Under the pieces are notes generated by a model. The model was not told where the DNA came from, ran no database searches, and worked only from the letters and a program-made list of their open reading frames with translations. This document shows, one piece after another, positions 12,781 to 29,916 of a stretch of DNA of 64,000 nt (position 1 is the first letter of the stretch; the number at the start of each line of letters is the position of its first letter). Source of the DNA: Hormiphora californensis (Eukaryota; Animalia; Ctenophora); assembly GCA_020137815.1 (NCBI GenBank), contig CM035360.1, positions 6,262,001-6,326,000 of the forward strand, given 5' to 3'. Position numbers and translations under genes: made by a program.

Positions 12781-15700
12781 CTGCCCCTTTTTTTTAGAAT
12801 GAAGTATTTGCAATTTTGGCGATTTTGAGTTATTTATACCATCTTGATCAGGAGAAAAAGATCTACAAGATGGGCTAAGTCTCGTGTCTCAATCTTCAAA
12901 AAATAGAGTGAAGTGTTTTTTGTGAAGTACTTTTATTTTTGAAAAACTGCAGAAAAGTGAAGCAAATGGCAATTGCTTCGCTAATATAATTCGGAAATAA
13001 ATACTGCTTCGTTAAACTTTTCTACCATAGAAGTAATAACCGCAGAAAAATTTGCTTCAGTTGTTTGCTTCATTTAAAAAATTCTATTGAAATACTTCAA
13101 TCAGCTGCAGATTTTGTTTGAAGTATTGTCCACTCAGAAGATACTTCACTTCATTTACTTCAATTTGAAAATGCTTCATAAATCAGTTGCAGATTTTGTT
13201 TGAAGTATTTTCAAATCAGAAGATACTTCACTTCATTTACTTCAATTTGAAAATGCTTCATAAATCTGTGGAATTCAAATGCTTCTTGTCGCATCCAGAA
13301 AAAATACTTCATAACTTAAGAATACTTCATTTTTTATTATAATATGTGCCATTTATAACACAAGTCCGGCCAAATGAAGTAATTTCCAAGATTTGTTCTT
13401 TGCTGCAGCATCATCATGATGAAGGTCGAACGGAGGCGATCCCTATAATAATTATTCTATTCTGAGTAATTATAATTATCGTTCACATCTCGAATTACTC
13501 ATCCTCACCGTCACAACTACGTCACTCCAATCTCATTCTTCGAACTTAGAACCCCACATTCAAAGGTAGCATTATGTTCCAGTACCGTACTGTCGTAACG
13601 ACACAACACAACCAGTTGTTAGGTAACTCAACAAGTGGAGAAGAGATGTCTGGGGGCCGGGGTGATCATGATTCTGGGATTATCTCTATGTAAGAGTGTC
13701 ACTCTGAGACAAAGAGAGAGAGACACCACAAACAGTGTTGTCAAACACTGACCTCATAAGGTTTTATAAGTTATTGCCCTAGCGTTTGGTTTCAAATTTA
13801 CATCATTCCGAAAGGCTAGGGGGCCAGCTGCAGCTGGTTTGAAAACTCAACCTGTCTGGAGTTCAAATAGTAGCTAACGGACGGAGTTAGGGGTCAGGAT
13901 GACCTGGGGAAGGGGGTGAGTTAGGAGGCAGGATGACCTGGGGAAGGGGGTGAGTTAGGAGGCAGGATGACCTAGGGAAGGGGGGTGAGTTAGGAGGCAG
14001 GATGACCTAGGGAAGGGGGGTGAGTTAGGAGGCAGGATGACCTGGGGAAGGGGGGTGAGTTAGGAGGCAGGATGACCTGGGGAAGGGGGTGAGTTAGGAG
14101 GCAGGATGACCTGGGGAAGGGGGTGAGTTAGGAGGCAGGATAACCTAGGGAAGGGGGTGAGTTAGGAGGCAGGATGACCTAGGGAAGGGGGTGAGTTAGG
14201 AGGCAGGATGACCTGGGGAAGGGGGTGAGTTAGAAGGCAGGATAACCTAGGGAAGGGAGGTGAGTTAGGAGGCAGGATGACCTGGGGAAGGGGGTGAGTT
14301 AGGAGGCAGGATGACCTGGGGAAGGGGGTGAGTTAGGAGGCAGGATGACCTGGGGAAGGGGGTGAGTTAGGAGGCAGGATGACCTGGGGAAGGGGGTGAG
14401 TTAGGAGGCAGGATGACCTGGGGAAGGGGGTGAGTTAGGAGGCAGGATGACCTAGGGAAGGGGGGGGGTGAGTTAGGGGTCAGGATGACCTAGGGAAGGG
14501 GGGTGAGTTAGGAGGCAGGATGACCTGGGGAAGGGGGGTGAGTTAGGAGGCAGGATGACCTGGGGAAGGGGGTGAGTTAGGAGGCAGGATGACCTGGGGA
14601 AGGGGGGTGAGTGAGGGCCTGTCACCTTATATCCCTTTGTCACCCCTGTCACCTTATCTCCAATTGTAACCCCTGTCACTTTGCCTCCCATTGTAACCCC
14701 TGTCACTTTGCCTCCCACTGTCTCCCATGTCACTGAACTATCACACTCACGGGAATTTGAAATGTTTGTAAAAAATTAAAGAATACGGATACAAATCATC
14801 CAAATATTAACAAAATATATTGTCATCTAACTGTTCTGTCCTTACATTCCCACACTCCTAGACAAATACTCCTCTTCGTGAATAACCCGAATGGAGACAA
14901 TCTCACTCCCGTTCCCTCTCATCGATATTATCTCTCTGTCAGACCCTTTCTCTATCTCTCAGCAACCGACCGGACCAAATAAACAACCAATCCGAGCTCA
15001 TTATTCAGGTCACGTGACTGGTTATCAGCCAATCGATTGTTAAAACATGTAATGAACTGGCCTGTGTGTCTGTCTGTGTGTCTGTCTGTGATCTGTTTGT
15101 ATGTCTGTGATCTGTTTGTATGTCTGTCATATTTTATGAACACGGACCTGTGTAGAGGTCGGAAGAAAATTCTTGAATCTCCAATCTCCATGTTTCACTC
15201 TGATATTACAAGCCGAACTCAACCAATTTCAAAGTATGACTCGTACCGGAACAGATTAATCTTCCAGATTTTATCTGCAGGTTCGTCTTAGTTTGAGGGT
15301 TGCCATAGCGTTTTTCTGTTTTCGCTCAATTTATCAGCACCATGATTTTAACATTCCGCCCGAAGGGCGGGCGGCCCATCTCTTTATGCTGCTGCAGGCT
15401 GCTGCAGTTCTAATTTGTGCGTCTGTTTGTCTGTGCGTCTGTTTGTCTGCAGCTGCTGCTCTGGAGTTACTTTCAAGACTAGCAAGAATTCTAACACATT
15501 TTATACTTCACTGCGTGTTAAATGAAAATTAACTTCGTTTGTGATTTTATCCAAAATATTGAAGTAAGATTGCGATTTTGAAGCACATGTACACTTTTGT
15601 TCGATTAAGTTACTTTTAGGCATTTTGAATACAGTTCTGAAGAAGTATTTTTAGGAATGAAGTAATTACTGAAGTATATGCAAGTGAAGTACTTTTTAGG

Positions 15701-16079
15701 TGCTTTTGTTGCTATTATGATGAAGTATTTTTTTGAGTGAAGTAATTACTGAAGTATCTACCACGAAAAATTATGCTTCAGTCGATATCAGTCTAGCAAC
15801 GGAAGTATTTTCAAAACTGTAATATAAGTGAAGTAACCAACAGAGTAAGGCATCAATTTTGATGCCTGACATCAATTTGAGACAAATTTGATGATAGCTG
15901 ATAATTGGAAGTCCTGCAGAATTCCTTCAGGATTCTTGTGGTATAAGTCATAAATCGTTTGACGTACTATTTGGGCTTCTATGACAATTTTAGTTCCGAA
16001 AAACCCTCTAAAAAACTTTAAAGTCGATTTTCTCGAAACTTAAAAAATGCAAATACTTCATTCTAAAAAAAAGGGGCAG
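12781..16079. mobile_element. 3.3-kb non-autonomous DNA transposon with ~32-bp TIRs and 4-bp TSD (AATA)
   Basis: AATA|CTGCCCCTTTTTTTTAGAATGAAGTATTTGCA...TGCAAATACTTCATTCTAAAAAAAAGGGGCAG|AATA. Dense subterminal GAAGTA/TACTTC motifs at both ends; no transposase ORF. Confidence 0.85.
13885..14611 (+). repeat. G-rich 34-35-bp minisatellite, ~21 copies
   Basis: Unit GGAGGCAGGATGACCTGGGGAAGGGGGTGAGTTA, followed by a short ~27-bp repeat (CCCCTGTCACTTTGCCTCCCA...) to ~14733. Confidence 0.97.
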
Positions 16080-17323
16080 AATAGCTCTATATGATAGATA
16101 TTAGCAATTGAGAAAGGAGAGGGATGTCAAATTGACATTGTCAATTACATATAGCACTACTTTATAACATGATATACTTGTGGTTTCATCAACCATGATC
16201 AAGTTAAAAAACTTTAAAATCGAGGGAGATATGACGTTCGACACAAAAGTCAGAGGAACTTTTGATATATTATGATGATGAGAGAGAGCATGATGCTGAC
16301 TTTAATTGTTTTCAAACTAGTAATTAAGGAAGTGATACAAAGGTAGTTAGATACGTGGGTAGAGGGAAACAATTACTGGTCACAGTGTCACGTTAATTTA
16401 TACACGTGAAGCTTAATGGTTCGTGCAAGGTACAGCCTTAGATCCAAGGAATAAGTCACTTGAAGGAAGGATAAATATTGACATAAAGTAGGTGTTAAAG
16501 GTCCCCAATTAACATAGTAGCATTCAGTAACAAGGAGAGGTATAGCAACAAAAAGAAGTCTATGAACTATATAATATTACATAATTCCAAGTACAGGATT
16601 TGTAAATCACGTACTATTTACTAAAACGCCTATCTGGAGATGCTTTTATAATTCGACCCGATGAAACCAAGCACAACATTAGGCAATTATTGATCTTCAT
16701 TATGGCGAGAAAACGATCTTACATCAATGTCAATATAATTGCCTGCTTTCTAGAATGCCGCATCTATAATATACAACTAAGAGCTGTGCACATGTGCACA
16801 TCGTGAGACACTCCCATGGGAAGAAGACGTCACCTAGGCAACTAGTGACAAATGGGAACTCCCCCACCTCAAATTTTGTGAAGCTATCAAGTATCAATTT
16901 CATTGTCACAATGAGTTGTTACAATGACTGGCTTCTAACTACGACATCATATGGGAGTTGTAATTATATATTATCGAGAGAATTATAAGGTGTAGCTAGT
17001 AATCGGAAAAATAGTTAGCAGTAAGATGCAGGAAAGATTCTGAGATCAGCCCGGCGAATTTCGAAAACAATGGTACCGGAACCAAGAAAGGGCTGTAGAA
17101 CAGATCGAATATACACGACGTTGATTACAATGCAGTAGCTAATAGCTATTACATATCTATACTGGGAGAGGCCACTGGCATATCGACATTGATCGAAGAA
17201 GTCATCAACTTTTACAAATTTGATAGAAGATTGCTAGAGAGGTTATAAGGATTCTCTCCCACAAAGGCGCTCTTCGATAAGCGATCAATGATACAATCAC
17301 ATCTAAACTTATAAGATCAGTGT

Positions 17324-17368
<45 letters not shown>

Positions 17369-17563
17369 ACAATCATATATTGGGATATGTTTCCCATCGG
17401 TTGAAATTACTAGACAGCTGGAGCGTACCATAGCATACATGATTCAACAAATTTGCTTCTCAAGTTAATTGTAAACTCGACGGCCGACGCGAGCGTGATG
17501 CCCTGTAAAATATGTAAAGGAAGAGGACGATCACGCACACGTTTACAAACTAGCGAGGCGTGC

Positions 17564-17657
17564 TAAATACTATCAACGTTAAATACTATCAACGTTAAAT
17601 ACTATCAACGTTAAATACTATCAACGTTAAATACTATCAACGTTAAATACTATCAAC
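17564..17657. repeat. 16-bp tandem repeat, ~6 copies
   Basis: Unit TAAATACTATCAACGT. Confidence 0.95.
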
Positions 17658-18233
17658 TGGTCGTGTCGATGTGTCTCGTTATACAATACATAATATATGG
17701 ATGTCAATTTACTGTCAAGACTCCATCAATTTGTCTAAGTGTGAATATAACAGCAAGCAAACTTCCCAACTGACAAGAGAAATTCAAATCGAGGGCTCGC
17801 TGCGCCCCGACAGTTCTACGATTCAAAGTTCAAATAAGGTAAAAATTTAGCCACTCGTATCTTAAAGTTAGACGATACTCTTTTCTAGGAAAGTAGCTGA
17901 CCCACCATCACTCATCAGGTTGATAATTGGGTTGAACTGTAATCACGGACCACCCACGGCTTAACTTTGGGTTTAATCTAACTTCGGTTTTATCAAACTA
18001 AATGATTCTGACTACTTTAAATTAAGGTCAATTATAAAAATGATCATGCCATTCTAAATTTAGTAGGAATTTCAATTAAACCAGTTAACACGGCAAGTAC
18101 CATCCTAGACTTCTCAATCGATACTTTGTTACTAGGGCAACAATTTAAACACCATTGAACTACAACATTACATAATATTTTCTAAGTTCAGCTTTGGATC
18201 CCTCAATTAGTCGCCAGGTGACATTGCACTAAT

Positions 18234-18327
<94 letters not shown>

Positions 18328-19256
18328 TGCACTCTTCATGAAACTCTTAGAAGAATAACATGACTGTCATTAGGTTTTTAACGCATCAGAATATTTTCTT
18401 TTTCATTTCATTATGTTTTTTAAATGATATAACGCAGAAAGAAAAATCAGATTCAGAATGGGCATGCTTCAATGTCGGTTCCCATAGTTCTATCAAAAGC
18501 TCATGCATGGGAAGTTTCTCAACCAATCAACCATCGAGAACTCTTTAATTTAGATAACCAAAAGAGGATTAAATCCAACATAATATGCATCTTTTGACAG
18601 CTTTGCACTATTCCGAATAATTTATTCAAGCAATCAAGCATGATATTGACAGCTATCATGTTATGTAGAGAACATAGTATTATAGGAGGATGCAAGTTAT
18701 CTGAGTTCATTGGCACACCCTAGTTCCTAGTTCCTAGTGACAACCTTCTCAACGGAAACGGATTTTGTTATGTTCTATGAGAGTTAGATGGTTGAGCGAT
18801 GGCAAAGAATTTTCCAACGTAGAGCCAGTTTCCAAATTAGCTAGAAGTAGACCACTTGAACAGCTTCCGGCCCTGAACAGTTTCCCCTGAAAACACAGCG
18901 ACAAAACTCACATTTGAAAACAACTGTTTGACGCATAAAAATTAGTCATGAAATAATTACAGTACGTCTTCACAGCTGAAAACTTCCGTGCTTTTCAAAG
19001 AGTAGCGAAGGGAAAGTAACCTGTTGCTGCACATGTAGAGGAGGGAGTAGAAGAAGATAGAAAGAGATAGAAAGATAGAGAGAAAGATAGAAATATAGAG
19101 AGAAAGATAGATTGTAGTTGTCTAAATCAAGAGGTCTGAAACCCGCTAACTTCTGGGGAAATTCATATCTCCTCAGCTGACTCATTTTCCTGTCATCTGG
19201 AGTCCGCGAGCACTAAGTAGAACTCCCTCTCTCTCTATAACAGCAGTACAGGAATT

Positions 19257-20496
19257 CTACTGCATGGTTGACTTGATGATAGCTGTGATTCGGCCAGTGC
19301 CTCCAAGTTCGTCCAATGTATAGGCCTGACTCCTATCCAAGGTGCCCCTCCTCAGCTGTAACGCTATGTTTGGGGGGATGGCCGTACCACACAACACCAG
19401 TCTAGTCTTATAGTAAGCCTGCTTAATGAACTTGGTGTAACTCGCTATGGAGAGGTAGTAGAGGAAAGCATTTCCCATGCTATTCAGGTTTATGATAAAC
19501 ACGGTGAACCGGTAGTAGTGTTGTAGTGGAGCTGACTTGGAGACATCAAAGACAAGCGACAGGACAAAGAATATACCATGGGGAACGAAGGATAGGAAAA
19601 ACAAGGTGGAGATTAGGAGAAGGGTGAGGACACTTTGTTTCTGGAGTCCTCGTGATTTGTAAAGTAGTCCGAGAAGCCACACAGTGGTTACGGTTACAAC
19701 GACCATTGGAAGGAAGATGAGGGTTGACGCGTAGAGAGGGTCCAACCAGCCATCTACTTCTGGAATCGCCACACTATCACAACGGTAAGGGAGGTGTTTA
19801 AAGGAGGCTGATCGGTGAAGTGCTAGACTGGGCAGGACCACTAGGATAATAGGTGTCATCCAGGCAACTCCCGCTAACCAGTAGCCGGTCCTCTTGCTCC
19901 TGTTTAGGGCTCGAAGGGGGCTCCTCATTCGGAGTAGTTTGCTGACATTTAGCATACAGAGGAGGACGATGGAGGTGACGAGGGTGATCGTCTCAAGAAA
20001 GTTGGTGGTAGTACAGAGGAGGGAGCCGTAGATCCATTGTTCAGTTGCTATAGAACCTGTCGTTGGCAGGATAACTGTACCTGGAAGAAATGGTATTTAG
20101 ATATTGATATTCAGGGTAATCACAAAGATGTATTTGTATTGTTCATGTGCGGGAGAGTATGAAAATGACAAAACAGGTATTTATATGGAATAATATATAC
20201 TTACATGAGAAGACAAGGTCAGCTACTGCAATGTTGAGAATCAGGATAACAGAGACTTTGTCCAATTTTATAGCGTTGAACTTTAGCGATAATACCAGGA
20301 TAAAGGTGTTGCCCAACAACCCAATGACACCTGGAAAACCAATCAGTTCAATAGTATGCTAATGTGATCCAAGCTAAAATCAGTTGGAATTAAAGCAATT
20401 TATATCACGCTATAAAAACTTCATACCTGTAAATAGTGACCAACCAAGAAGAGCAAACTTCTCCGGGCCGTTCTCCAAAGTTATCACATCCGCCAT
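19257..20496 (-). CDS. Class A orphan GPCR, 3 exons, paralog of 9055-10050
   Basis: Exons 20496-20427 (MADVITLENGPEKFALLGWSLFT), ~20330-20204 (GVIGLLGNT...IKLDKVSVILILNIAVADL) and 20080-19257 (WIYGSLLC...LNVSKL...GLQKQSV...NAFLYY). Shares the KLDKVS and RGLQKQSV motifs with the first GPCR. Confidence 0.88.
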
Positions 20497-21055
20497 TGCG
20501 CCTTCTACAACAATCATATCATGAGACACAATTACACCACAATATGTTACATAAAGTTATAGCAAATAGTAGTGGGATGGTGTGAACTTCACGTATATTG
20601 TACTGTTGTGAAGAGTGGACTGATGGGACGAATACTATACATACATATCCAAGCTGATCTACTGAAATGTATCAGCCGATATTTATTACGTCACTAAAAA
20701 GAAAGATCGGAATATTAAAGATTCCATCAGTCAGTAGTCACGATTAAATACATTCCTTAAAAGCTTCTTCGATGTAAATCGAGTTATTCAAATTATACGA
20801 GCAATCTAAGGAGTTTTTGCTGCATCAATCATTCATGATAAATTGAAAAATGTTAGGGTAATTATCTCCGCAGCTTTAGGGCAATATAACACCAGGGCTC
20901 CGGAATTTTATTGAATGAACAAATTACCCTGGTAAAATTGATATGTACCCTATAATAGGGTACATATCAATTTTTTGAAACCAACGCAAAACGTTATCGG
21001 TAACCCTTGCTACTCAACAAGCTCACCGGATTGACACGCATCGATATTACTGACA

Positions 21056-21170
<115 letters not shown>

Positions 21171-22005
21171 ACGAGATAGTGGAATGATTGCTACCCTATA
21201 CTGGTTATATGCTCGTTATAACGGTGCTGTGGATGGGGGGAGACAGAGAGAGAGAGACAGAGAGAGAGACGAGAGGGTGGAGCTCCATTGAAGGAGGGAG
21301 AGGGATAACAAAAATAGATTCATATCGATCGAAGGGAGCAATGAAGTCAGTTAAGTGTCAAATATACAGCTACAAGTTACACCGTTTCTCTACTTTCTAC
21401 TCATTTCCAGGCATCTCCGTCCAATAAACCATACATTTTCAATGGCCACAGTATCATCAAGTGCACTAGATGTCCTTTATCAATGTGTTGAAGCGTGACG
21501 TGTTTGTCTAGACGTTTAGTGCAAGATATACCCCGCCCCAAGAAGAAGGGGAAGATTTGCAAATCCTGCATAATAAACGTTAGCATAATTATATTGTTAA
21601 TTTCCTTATAAGAAATCCTTCCTAATTTCCAGATGGTGTACTGACAAGTCCCCCATCTTCCCCAATAAAATGTATCCATATAAAGCATTTGCCAGTAATT
21701 ACTCTCAAAATTCCCCATCTCAACTTCCTTCACACGCCGGATTTTCATTAGAATACGAGACGCCCACAAAAAGGCTTATCTTATCAGAAGCATGGAAATT
21801 AAGTTAGATAGGCTATGAAATCTAACACTCTTTTTCCGGGTTTTCTTTTAAAACGGGTTTTTGGTTCATTAGATCTTTGTTCAATATCAAGATTTTGGTT
21901 TTTTTGCTAGGGCACATTTCAAGATTTAACACAATCCTTCATTGAATGTTGTTTAATATTTTGACAGCTATAAGTTATAACTATTTTCCCGTTTCCCCTA
22001 TAGGA

Positions 22006-27077
<5,072 letters not shown>

Positions 27078-27385
27078 AACTCAGATCTCTATTTATTTTG
27101 TGTGAAAGAAAAGTAGAGACATCTTTGACCTAGTGACCCTTTTTGTATTAACAAACAGTTCAAAATTGATCTACCAGTAAAATTGTTTTGAACGTCAGTT
27201 GAGAGAATTTATCAACACTATAGTGTTATACTTGCAAAAGATTTCATCATTTCTGATTTCCCATAACAAACAAATAAAAACTCAAATCATTATCATGTGT
27301 TGTTAACTCATATCAAAAGTATCTAACACATGTCTCGCAGCACCTCACGATTCTGGAGGGAGAGTCATCCCCATTTTCATCATCG

Positions 27386-28985
27386 TCAGTCGTCACAGAG
27401 TCCACAGGTCTTTCGGCAATACAGCTCAGCAACGTCAGCCCACCTACAGAAATCCGGAATACAGTTGAAAGCCTCGTCTTCACAGTCAGGACCAGGAGTG
27501 GGAGCAGGAGTGGGAGCAGGAGTGGGGGCAGGAGTGGGAGCAGGAGTGGGACCGGGAGTGGGGCTAGGAGTGGGACCAGGAGTGGGAGCAGGAGTGGGAG
27601 CAGGAGTGGGATCAGGAGTGGGATCAGGAGTGGGGCTAGGAGTGGGAGCAGGAGTGGGGCACATGTGCTCGTGTCGGCAGATTCCATCAGAACACCTCAC
27701 GGTTCCAGAGGGACAGTCACCGCCATCATCGTCACAAAGTCCACAGGTCTTTCGGCAATACTCAGCGGCAACTTTGGGCCAACTACAGAAATCCTTACAG
27801 TTGGTAGCCTTGTCCCGACAATCATGATTGGGATCGGGAGAAGGACCATCGTTCTCAGTAGGTCGGTAGGGGGTTGCAGCGTCGGGGTTGCTGTCACTCT
27901 TTCCAGTTTTGGAGAGGATAGGGTAGCTGGAGTATTCGAAGAGACCACAGTTGCTGTATCCTCGAGTGAACTTGATGAAACCGTTATCTCCCCAGGTGGA
28001 TCCCCAGGAGTTCTTTACCAGAACAAACTTGGAGGTGTAACCCACAGCGGTGACAGCGTGGTTGGGTAGTCCTTGACAAGTGGTGTCCTTGATGATTCCT
28101 CTTCGGTACTGCTGTAAGTAGCTAGTAGCCTGGAATGCAACGTTAAGAGCACCATCAACAAGAGCCTGGATGTTGGAGGACTCACCACTGGGGACATCCC
28201 TGTAGCCGGTGATCTTGGCAGAGACCATGGAGTCGGCCTTGCCGCTTGCCTTGCAAGAGCGTGCATCGGTAGCCTGATAGACATAGTTGGCAGTGGAAGC
28301 CAGTCGGCCACCATTCTTCTTGGAGTATTCGTAACAGTCACTAGGCCATCCACCGTTGCATCCATCTCGGTCACTGGGTAAGTAGGAAGAATATGACACA
28401 CTCATAAATCATAATACACTCATGAGCCAGTCATGAGACAAACGGACACGTTCTTCCTGCTTACCGGTTAATGTAGACACAGTCGAGGTACTCCTGCTCG
28501 GCGAAGTTCCTCAGAACTCCAGAGGCAATCTGGTATCGGGTCTCCAGACCTCCGACGGCTCCGAAGGTCCAACAAGATCCACAAGATCCCTGGTTCTTGA
28601 CCTCGGTAACTCCACCAAGGTTGGTCCAAAGGACTTTCTCGGGGGCGGCGAATCCACTGTTCTTCAGAGCAGGGGCGTTGGGGGCCTTGTTGGTGATGTT
28701 GAGTCCAAGGTACTGCTGCTTCTCAGCCTCAGTCATGGAAGAGAAGAAGTTGATTCCAAAGACGGCGGTGTCACTGTTCTCGTTGTAGTTGACAACCTCC
28801 TCAGCGCTCTTTCGGAACAGCCTGAATCTCATCCTATCCTCAGAGCTGGCATAGTTGAGTCCCTCAGAGGACTTGAAGGCAGTGTAGAGCTGAAGGGTTT
28901 CCTTGCTGCTCTTCAAGATTATCCTGAGAGCATCCTCGGCAGCGAAGACTGCTCCAAACAGACAGAGAACTACAATAACTTTCAT
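27386..28985 (-). CDS. Secreted papain-family (C1A) cysteine protease, paralog A: signal + I29 propeptide + catalytic domain + ShKT + 4-Cys module + PT/PA linker + ShKT
   Basis: Exons 28985-28465 and 28373-27386 total 1509 nt (502 aa). [12 protein letters not shown] and KNSWG catalytic motifs; CRKTCGLC twice. Confidence 0.93.
28377..28465. mobile_element. 89-bp TIR element forming a spliceosomal intron (28374-28464) in protease A
   Basis: 15-bp TIRs GGTAAGTAGGAAGAA / TTCTTCCTGCTTACC (1 mismatch), flanked by 8-bp direct repeats ggtcactg (28369-28376) and ggttaatg (28466-28473). Confidence 0.85.
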
Positions 28986-29395
28986 GTTGAATGATTTGGT
29001 GTTAGAGGATATTCTCACTTACATTTTATACTAGGTTGCCCTTCATAGCTGCCAGATGTTTCTAAGTAAATTTGGCTATTGTTCATTTTGTTAGCAAGTG
29101 ACTATTAAATTTAAATGCTAGCTTGTCACGACTCCCTTTGTTCTTGGCGTCTCTTTCATCTCCCTCCTGTCATTTTACCATTAAGTATGGGATTTTTTGT
29201 ACCCAGCTTGTTTGTGTGATAAACAGTTTATCTACTGGATATTTCCCGGATGATCGTTTTAGCTCGTGTGCTAAAAATATCATATATAATACAGGGTTTA
29301 GAAATATCGGATTTGAAATGGTAACTCGCGTGTGGTCAAAATCGCGTAACAGTTCACGTCAGTGAATGGTAACTGCACCTTCATCTAACCAATTA

Positions 29396-29535
29396 CAGTC
29401 GGATCCCAATTTACTGGGATGCTCGGGAGAAGGGATTTGTCCGGTAAATCTGGGTCCTCGGTATATCGGAGTGAAAAACCCTTAATTTCCTAAGACGGGT
29501 GAAGTTTATCCTCCCGGTAAATCGGGGTCCGACTG
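29396..29535. mobile_element. TA-flanked MITE between the divergent promoters of proteases A and B
   Basis: TA|CAGTCGGATCCCAATTTAC...GTAAATCGGGGTCCGACTG|TA. Confidence 0.85.
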
Positions 29536-29817
29536 TAATTTATGTTTTGGCCCAGATATAACTATAAGCTCAGACCGGCTCAGAGAATTTCATTTTCAAT
29601 ACTAAATAGTATTATTTTTCTCCATGAATGCCCCGTCTAGAAGTTAAACAGATCCAGACGTGAATAACCCGTTTATCACATGAACAAGGGCCTTAAAAAT
29701 CCCACACAATGGTAATTGACAGGAGGGGGATGAAAGAGAAGCCAAGAACAAAGGGAGTTGGGGCAAACTAGCACGTACTTAGATCTAATCTTCACTTGCT
29801 AACAAAATCCACAAAAT

Positions 29818-29916
29818 GAACAATAGCACAATTTACGTAGTAACATCTGGCAGCTATGAAGAACCAACTAGTATAAAAAGTGAGTGAAAATATCCTCCAA
29901 CACCAAATCATTCAAC
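29818..29916 (+). promoter_or_regulatory. Conserved TATA promoter of the protease paralogs
   Basis: GAACAATAG, ACATCTGGCAGCT (E-box) and TATAAAA (29872) lie ~45 bp before the ATG. Near-identical blocks precede A, C, D and the 63.7-kb copy. Confidence 0.7.

Noticed and set aside
13885-14611. Regular 34-bp array as a CRISPR
   Set aside because: Head-to-tail repeats with no unique spacers, no cas genes, eukaryotic context.
20933-20973. Short perfect hairpins (also ~6645-6706 and ~57356-57387)
   Set aside because: AT-rich palindromes without TSD or ncRNA hallmarks; probably MITE remnants.
28986-29018. N-terminal extensions (MRISSNTKSFN) in the ORF track for A, B and D
   Set aside because: They start at GTG just after the TATA box; the ATG before the signal peptide is the plausible start.
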